64,000 nucleotides of DNA from Chlamydiota bacterium (lineage in GTDB: Bacteria > Chlamydiota > Chlamydiia > Chlamydiales > RGXB01): assembly GCA_016866475.1 (NCBI GenBank), contig VGMF01000001.1, forward strand, positions 332,481 to 396,480, read 5' to 3'. Of the stretch, positions 57,974 through 64,000 are shown in pieces. A program made the translations under genes and the position numbers. Within the stretch, counting starts at the first letter, position 1. Every line of letters begins with the position of its first letter. A model generated the notes under the pieces. It did no database searches. It had not been told where the DNA came from and was given only the letters and a program-made list of their open reading frames with translations.

Positions 57974-60097
57974 CTAATCTTCTGCCCTGGTATTTTTGGA
58001 GTGGTATTTGATGCGGCTGTGCCTACTTACATACAGGGTATGAATCACCACTTTTTTTACCATTTCCAATTCTTTAAACGAGATGTCGCAGTCGCTAAAT
58101 TGATCCATTTTTATCTTTTGTGCCACCAAACGGTTCACTAGGTCTTCCACATTTTTTTCATTGATCTCCTCTAAAGAACGGGATGCAGCCTCTACGGTGT
58201 CGCAAATCATCAACACAGCTGCCTCTTTAGTTTGAGGTTTCGGACCCGGATAGGTAAAAAGAGTTTTATCGACAAGATCACTATTTCCGTCGCGCAACTC
58301 CACCTCTTTTTGATAAAAATAGGATACCATTGTAGTCCCGTGGTGCTGCTGGATCATATCAATTATTAACCTTGGGAGCTTATGTTTCTTCGCCAGCTCC
58401 ACACCCTCATGCACGTGGGAAATAATCACCATGGCCGATTCAGTGGGGGAAAGCAGACGGTGGACATTAAAATCCCCAAATTGGTTTTCGGTAAAATAAT
58501 TTGGATTGAATAGTTTCCCGATGTCGTGAAAAAGGGCGGAAACTCGGCAAAGAAGGCCGTTTGCACTGATAGCAAGACAAGCCGCCTCTGCCAGGATGCC
58601 CACCATAATTGAATGCTGGTAGGTACCCGGAGCCTCGAAACACAGCCTGCGGATCAGCTCGTTGTTCGGATCCATCAACTCCATCAATCTTAAATCGGTC
58701 ATTACATGAAAAGCGGTCTCAAAAACCGGCAAAAGTAGTGCTATCAAAACAGCTTCGGCCATCACCAAAAGTAATGTCACAACGAGATCATAAACTGTGG
58801 ACATCTGCAAAAAACTCGACGAGATGAGATTGGATCCCAAAATAATAGGGGTGCAGATGAGCCATAAGAGTAAGCAGATTTTAAACACCTCTTTGCGCTT
58901 GATCAAAGACTGGCTAAAAAAAATGGCCGCTAGAGAAGCGACATAATTGATGAGTAAAAAGCGCCCCTGATCTACCGCAAGTGTCAACCCGATCACGATA
59001 GTCAAAAAAAATGAGGAAAATAGGGCGACCTGCTTATTTAAAAGGATCGAGATAAGGATGGCTGCGAAAGGGACTAGTACGGGAAACCGGATGTAATCTG
59101 TTAAAAATTGAGCGTTTTCTATAAGGAAATACTCAATTAATTTAGCTCCTCCTAGTGTCAAAATGACGATTGTCGAATACAAAGACAAACTCAAGGAGGA
59201 ATAATAAATTTTTGTATGGTAGAGCCTGAAGTATCTTGCGATTAAGACGGTCAATAAAAAAGCTATGATCGCGCTCCCTAAAAGCGTATTCCATGAAAAA
59301 AGATTTCGGCTCTCGCGAATCTGTTTTTTCATCTCCGCTATCTGGCGCACGTGCCTATCTGTTACCGTCTCACCCTCCGAAATGATCAACGAACCGGCCT
59401 TTACAGAGGTATTTTTACCCTCTACAAGCGCCTCGATATGGGTTCTGAACTTTCGTAATTCCTCATAATCTACTTCGATATTCCATTGGCTATAGGATGC
59501 GTACCTATCCACCACCAGTTTTATCGCCTCTTTCGACTGGACCGAGTTGTTATTGAGCTCTTCATTCAAAAAAATCGGCCAGAACTCTTTAGGCAAAACA
59601 GGGTTTTGCGTATCGATAGGTACCTGCACCATGCCCATGCATATGTATTTCGACTCGCAGGCTTTTCGTGAGGTCCTTTCATCGGTTATTTTTATTTTTT
59701 GGAGCTCATCGGCTATCCTCTCTATGGTGCCGTAAATTTCTTCAAATGTTGCCGAATTGTTTCCCCGCCAGTTTTTATTGCGGATAAAGTAATCCTCTAC
59801 CTGCAGTCTGGCCTCTTTGATCGATTTAGGATCAATTTGATATATGGAACTGATATCCGAGAGTGCTTCTTGCCGCAAAATTATGGTAGCCTCTTCATCA
59901 GGAAAAGAGAAATCCACCTGTGCCACTATGTAGCTCGAGGCCTTGGCCTCGATCTCCAGTGCCTCGACACGAACTTCTCTAAAGTGAACAAATGCAAAAA
60001 GTGCTAAAAAAAACACGATTGCAATAATGAGGCGTAGGCCACGTCGGTTCTCTTTGAGACCCTCGCTGATTGACCGCATCCATCGATTCATTTGCAT
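57974..60097 (-). CDS. 7TM-receptor HD-domain phosphohydrolase (PgpH-like)
   Basis: The 707-aa protein has an N-terminal TM plus extracytoplasmic domain, a 7-TM block, and a C-terminal HD domain with HSIMV and LFHDIGK motifs. Confidence 0.8.
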   Translation of the reverse strand: MQMNRWMRSISEGLKENRRGLRLIIAIVFFLALFAFVHFREVRVEALEIEAKASSYIVAQVDFSFPDEEATIILRQEALSDISSIYQIDPKSIKEARLQVEDYFIRNKNWRGNNSATFEEIYGTIERIADELQKIKITDERTSRKACESKYICMGMVQVPIDTQNPVLPKEFWPIFLNEELNNNSVQSKEAIKLVVDRYASYSQWNIEVDYEELRKFRTHIEALVEGKNTSVKAGSLIISEGETVTDRHVRQIAEMKKQIRESRNLFSWNTLLGSAIIAFLLTVLIARYFRLYHTKIYYSSLSLSLYSTIVILTLGGAKLIEYFLIENAQFLTDYIRFPVLVPFAAILISILLNKQVALFSSFFLTIVIGLTLAVDQGRFLLINYVASLAAIFFSQSLIKRKEVFKICLLLWLICTPIILGSNLISSSFLQMSTVYDLVVTLLLVMAEAVLIALLLPVFETAFHVMTDLRLMELMDPNNELIRRLCFEAPGTYQHSIMVGILAEAACLAISANGLLCRVSALFHDIGKLFNPNYFTENQFGDFNVHRLLSPTESAMVIISHVHEGVELAKKHKLPRLIIDMIQQHHGTTMVSYFYQKEVELRDGNSDLVDKTLFTYPGPKPQTKEAAVLMICDTVEAASRSLEEINEKNVEDLVNRLVAQKIKMDQFSDCDISFKELEMVKKVVIHTLYVSRHSRIKYHSKNTRAED

Positions 60098-60383
60098 ATC
60101 CTTATACTAACAACCCCCCCTATTTTAAGAGAAGCAAGATACCCCAAACCCCCTTCCATTCCCTGTTTTTTAAAAAATTTATCGTTAGCTATTGCTAAAA
60201 ATTTTAAATAAAAGTCTTTTCTTAAAGCCTTTAAGACCCCTCAGAATCCCGTTGATATGAAATTTTATAAAAAAGATCTATTTTAAAAATTCTTTGGCGC
60301 CAACAGCGAAAATCTGTAAAAAATGGGGATGGCTAAAAATCTAAGTTCTTTAGAATTTCGAAATCGGCTAAAATGCGATCTGT

Positions 60384-61940
60384 ATGCAAATGTACCAGCC
60401 CATTGCCCGCAAGTATAGGCCCAAACTTTTTAAAGAGGTGTTTGGTCAAAAGATTGTAGTCGACACACTACAAAACGCCATAAAAAACGGTCGTGTTGCG
60501 GCCAACTACCTTTTTTCAGGGACGCGAGGTACGGGAAAAACAACCCTGGCACGCCTTTTTGCACGTGCCATCAATTGCGAAAACCTCTCACCCGACGCAG
60601 AGCCTTGCAACACCTGTTCGAGTTGTCTGCAGATGTTGAGCGGTGCGTCTATGGAATTGATGGAGATCGACGGGGCCTCGAACAGGGGTATTGATGATAT
60701 CCGACTTATTAGTGAAGGGGTAGCTTTTGCCCCCCCTAAAGGGCGGTTGCGCATCTATTTGATCGACGAAGTGCACATGCTGACAAAAGAGGCTTTTAAC
60801 GCACTTCTAAAGACTTTGGAGGAGCCCCCCTCCTACGTAAAGTTTTTCTTTGCTACTACCGAGCCGCATAAAGTTCCTCTGACGATCCAAAGTCGCTGCC
60901 AAAAATTTGATCTGCAAAGAATACATCTCGAAACTATCGCCTCCAAATTGGAGTCGATTGTACAAGATCAAAAACTGACAGCAGACCCCGTTTCCCTCTC
61001 ATTGATCGCAGAGGCTGCCCAAGGGAGCATGCGCGATGCGGAATCATTACTCGACCAGCTTCTTTGCACATCAAATGGAGTACTTACCCTTGATATCGTC
61101 CGGGAAAGCCTGGGGAAAGTTTCCAAAGAGGGTTTATTTTCTATAGACGCAGCCATCCAAAACCGCTCCATAGAGGATCTGAAAAAAGCCTCCGACGCCC
61201 TCCTTGTATCGGGTAAAGAGACCTCCCTTTTAATCGAAGATTTGGCGGAACATTTCCGCAACCATCTTTTGGCTTTACAGAAGAGCCTTGATCCAAAATT
61301 CTACCACTTAAGCCCCAATGAAACGCAATCCTACCAAGAGCTAAGCCAAGGCTACACGCAAGCCTCGCTGCTCGAAATGCTTGAGTTAATCTACCCTTTT
61401 TTCCACCAACCGACCCGCCCTTTTTTATCGCAGCAGCAGTTTGAGACACTTCTGATCCTTTTAATGAAAAAAAACCACCGCCCCTCTTTATCCCTTATTG
61501 TGGAGCGGCTTGAGGCCCTGGAGAAAAAACTAGAGAGAAGGATTTTCCCCTCCTCCTCCGCTCCCGCTGAAGCTGCTCTCGAAAAAATAGAGGCGTTGGA
61601 AAACAAGAGTGCTCCCGCTGAAGCTGCTCTCGAAAAAATAGAGGCGTTGGAAAACAAGAGTGCTCCCGCTGAAGCTGCTCCTGTCGAGCCTTTAGGAAAA
61701 AGCTCACAAAACGGCATGGAAACTGATGAAAGAGGACCTAAAGAGCCTGTGTCTGAGCATCCATCTCCGCATAGGACAGAGCTACCCCTCTCTTTTTCAC
61801 CGTCAGTCTCGAAAATTACAGCTCCCCTAAAAAGCGCTGATGCTTCAGGCGATCCCCCACTAAAGCTTCTCCCTGCTAGTGTGCGCCATCAGAATCTTAT
61901 CCAGTTTGCCATCGTCGAGTGGAATGCCGTCCTTAAATAA
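60384..61940 (+). CDS. dnaX: DNA polymerase III subunit gamma/tau
   Basis: Contains the GTRGTGKTT Walker A, DEVHML, a zinc module (CENLSPDAEPCNTCSSC) and the SRCQ sensor. The C-terminal region is low-complexity and repeat-containing. Confidence 0.9.
   Translation: MQMYQPIARKYRPKLFKEVFGQKIVVDTLQNAIKNGRVAANYLFSGTRGTGKTTLARLFARAINCENLSPDAEPCNTCSSCLQMLSGASMELMEIDGASNRGIDDIRLISEGVAFAPPKGRLRIYLIDEVHMLTKEAFNALLKTLEEPPSYVKFFFATTEPHKVPLTIQSRCQKFDLQRIHLETIASKLESIVQDQKLTADPVSLSLIAEAAQGSMRDAESLLDQLLCTSNGVLTLDIVRESLGKVSKEGLFSIDAAIQNRSIEDLKKASDALLVSGKETSLLIEDLAEHFRNHLLALQKSLDPKFYHLSPNETQSYQELSQGYTQASLLEMLELIYPFFHQPTRPFLSQQQFETLLILLMKKNHRPSLSLIVERLEALEKKLERRIFPSSSAPAEAALEKIEALENKSAPAEAALEKIEALENKSAPAEAAPVEPLGKSSQNGMETDERGPKEPVSEHPSPHRTELPLSFSPSVSKITAPLKSADASGDPPLKLLPASVRHQNLIQFAIVEWNAVLK
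61560..61681 (+). repeat. 51-bp in-frame tandem repeat (about 2.4 copies) inside dnaX
   Basis: Units 61560-61610 and 61611-61661 are identical by eye. A partial third copy runs to about 61681. The units encode SAPAEAALEKIEALENK. Confidence 0.85.
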
Positions 61941-62031
61941 ATTTTTTAAACAAATAGATCTTTTTCAAATTTTTAAGAACAAATATACTAGATTGATCTC
62001 ATCGAAAAATACATAACCTTCAAGGAACTCT

Positions 62032-62331
62032 ATGGGTAGCGGATTTTTAAAAAAGAAAAAAGACCAACGTCAGATATCCGAGCAATTATCTCGACTTACC
62101 GAGGAGCTCAAGGCTAAAGAATATACCGGCCATGCCCCCTCCGGCCTTGTAGAGATTGTCCTCTCCGGGGAAAAAGAGATGAAGAAAATCAAAATCAATA
62201 AACAGTGCGTCAATCCGGATGATATTGAAGGGTTAGAAGACTTGATCATCGCTGCTTACCAAGATGCAGAAAAACAGATGGAAAATGACAATCCCTTGAG
62301 CAAAATGGGGAACCTCCCATTCGGCTTTTAA
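62032..62331 (+). CDS. ybaB: YbaB/EbfC family nucleoid-associated protein
   Basis: The 99-aa ORF lies immediately after dnaX, which is the conserved dnaX-ybaB arrangement. It carries the GLVEIVLSGEKEMKKIKIN block. Confidence 0.8.
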   Translation: MGSGFLKKKKDQRQISEQLSRLTEELKAKEYTGHAPSGLVEIVLSGEKEMKKIKINKQCVNPDDIEGLEDLIIAAYQDAEKQMENDNPLSKMGNLPFGF

Positions 62332-62426
62332 AAATCGGCTCCTTAAAGGGGGCTTTTAATCAAGACACTACCCCTATCCTGACTTCATCAGATTTTATAA
62401 GGATAAAAAATGATACACAGGCGCTT

Positions 62427-64000
62427 TTAGGAATCCATTTTCAAGAGCGCCTTCACCTCGGCTGGCGTTTCTGCTACTAAAACTTTTTCAGCAATAGCGA
62501 TCGCCCGATCCATTCGGGTTTCCATGATTTTTCTTTTAATTTGCGGGATTTCATGAAAAGAGCACGAAAAATCTGTTGCCCCAAGCCCTAATAAAAGTTC
62601 AGTAAAAACGGGATTCGATGCGATTTCACCACAAACGCTCACCTGCCTTTTAAAAATCTTAGCTTTCTCTAAAATTTTTCGGATCGTTCTAAAAAGAGCC
62701 GGCTGATAGAGACAAAAATCGGGAGAGTCTCTATGTATCTCTATAAGTGCTTGCGTAAGGTCATTTGTACCTATCGCTAGAAAATCGACCCTGTCTAAAA
62801 TTTGATCCAATACTTTATCCTCAAGAGGGGTTTCAATCATCGCACCTAAAAGAACCGTTTTGGTATTTGAAAGTTTTTTTTGTAGATCCTTGATACCAGC
62901 ACGGACAAGATCCACCTCCTCAGGCCCGTTCACATACGGGATCAAAATATTCAAGCTATTTGTAGTCTCAGATTTGAGTAGGGAGCTGAGTTGCAGGTTG
63001 AGAATCTCTAAGCGATTTAAAAGATAGCGAATTGATCTTAAATCGCTCCTTTCAGGCTCCAAGTCGTCCAAGAAATTTTTATCTCCACCCAAATCAAACA
63101 ATCTGAATACAACCTTTTTAGGGAAAATCTGTTTCAAAATAGATTGGTATAATGCAAGTTGCCGCTCTTCACAAAATGCAATTTCGCGCTCGTGCAGTAA
63201 TAAAAACTCGGTTCTGTAAAGACCAATTCCATTTTCTAGTTCTTTGGAATATTCCACACCATCAAATGTAGAGAGAACCTGGATATTCCATCCATCAGCG
63301 GTTAGAACCTCGCTTTTGTCTGTTTTTGTCTCTATGGGGCAGGTGTTCTCGTTTTCGACGCGTTGGATATCTTTTTCGGATGGGTCGATGGTGACAACTC
63401 CTTTTTTTCCATCCAAAAGAGCCAACCTCCCATGAAAAGATTCCAAATCATATATGTCAGTGACAATGATGTGGGGAATGGCTCGACTTTTTAAAACTAC
63501 CGACGTATGGGATGCAGTGGATCCTTTTGTAGTCACAAAGCCCCTAACACCCTTAAGAGCCCCTTGTGCTGCCATCGAGGGTGATACCTCTTTAACACAC
63601 ACGATAGCACCTTGGAATGCATCCGGAATTTTTACTTCAATTCCATGCAGGTGAAAAATGATTTTATGGGTAAGATCTTGAAGATCTGCTGCACGCTCCA
63701 TGAAAAAAGGGTCTTGCGACTCTTCAAGAATCTTTAGAAAACGGGCTAAAGCAGATTCCAACGAGGCTTGAGCAGATAAAAAGTTCTCTTTGATCATCTC
63801 CTCAACCGCTTCTAAAAAAATGGGGTCTTCCAAAATAAGCAGATGCGTTTCAAATATGGCTACCGATTCAGTATCCTCAAGATGTTTCAAGCAATTCAAA
63901 AGAGCACGAATCTCTTTTTTTGTAATCGCTACAGCTCGGTAGTATTTTGGGAGCTCCTCTTCAGGATTAAACCGGATATTTTCGGTATTTATGGGGTATT
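62427..64000 (-). CDS. ptsI: phosphoenolpyruvate--protein phosphotransferase (PTS enzyme I), 5' end outside the window
   Basis: Contains GSTASHTSVVLKS (phospho-His region), FLAIGTNDLTQ and VSVCGEIA blocks. The frame stays open upstream of the listed TTG through position 64000, so the gene is truncated by the window edge. Confidence 0.85.
   Translation of the reverse strand, partial: YPINTENIRFNPEEELPKYYRAVAITKKEIRALLNCLKHLEDTESVAIFETHLLILEDPIFLEAVEEMIKENFLSAQASLESALARFLKILEESQDPFFMERAADLQDLTHKIIFHLHGIEVKIPDAFQGAIVCVKEVSPSMAAQGALKGVRGFVTTKGSTASHTSVVLKSRAIPHIIVTDIYDLESFHGRLALLDGKKGVVTIDPSEKDIQRVENENTCPIETKTDKSEVLTADGWNIQVLSTFDGVEYSKELENGIGLYRTEFLLLHEREIAFCEERQLALYQSILKQIFPKKVVFRLFDLGGDKNFLDDLEPERSDLRSIRYLLNRLEILNLQLSSLLKSETTNSLNILIPYVNGPEEVDLVRAGIKDLQKKLSNTKTVLLGAMIETPLEDKVLDQILDRVDFLAIGTNDLTQALIEIHRDSPDFCLYQPALFRTIRKILEKAKIFKRQVSVCGEIASNPVFTELLLGLGATDFSCSFHEIPQIKRKIMETRMDRAIAIAEKVLVAETPAEVKALLKMDS

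Noticed and set aside
60098-60383. Looked for an SRP (4.5S) RNA gene upstream of dnaX, as found in some bacteria.
   Set aside because: I saw no GGUGCUGUUU/GGAAGCAGCC-type conserved helix-8 sequence. The region is AT-rich with only weak pairing potential.
61182-61188. AAAAAAG in dnaX, which resembles the E. coli A AAA AAG frameshift heptamer.
   Set aside because: In the zero frame it reads AAA AAA G, so the X XXY YYZ phasing is wrong. It also lies within the N-terminal ATPase and lid domains rather than at the gamma/tau boundary.

Overview
The window looks like a chromosomal segment from a member of the Chlamydiota, probably an environmental chlamydia-like organism. This placement is inferred from gene content only. 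Most of it is tightly packed housekeeping genes. They include a photolyase-related gene, a tricorn-like protease and pssA. nrdAB is present, with a triple ATP-cone R1, a class Ic-type R2 and two NrdR-like boxes. An M16 protease, htrA, an M50 protease and sucCD follow. After the island come ftsY, priA, lysS-cysS and a three-domain aas-like gene. Next are bioY-fabF-rsfS-miaA and rsbV. Then comes a dcw-type operon, murF-mraY-murD-LysM-ftsW-murG-murC-ftsQ-like, with no ftsA or ftsZ. The remaining genes are an SDR plus a VKOR-like membrane protein, tRNA-Cys, rsmI, a phosphosugar mutase, a PgpH-like 7TM-HD protein, dnaX-ybaB and a partial ptsI. The one clearly accessory region is an islet of about 7.9 kb (20204-28075) between sucC and ftsY. 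It is bounded by 56/57-bp direct repeats that resemble the 3' half of an initiator-type tRNA-Met, but no intact tRNA gene is present. It carries a tyrosine integrase, an excisionase-like HTH protein, a PadR plus flavin monooxygenase pair, a RusA-like protein and a zinc-ribbon protein. Three of its reading frames are interrupted by in-frame TAA codons. Matching TGCACC-N5-TGCACC arm-type repeats sit just inside both ends. Other points worth a second look are a LysM protein embedded in the dcw operon, a MurF P-loop variant, and a 51-bp tandem repeat and an A8 tract in dnaX. A divergent pair of odd small proteins around a perfect 14-bp inverted repeat is also notable. No CRISPR array, rRNA or IS element was seen. 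All calls come from reading the sequence and the ORF translations; no searches were run.
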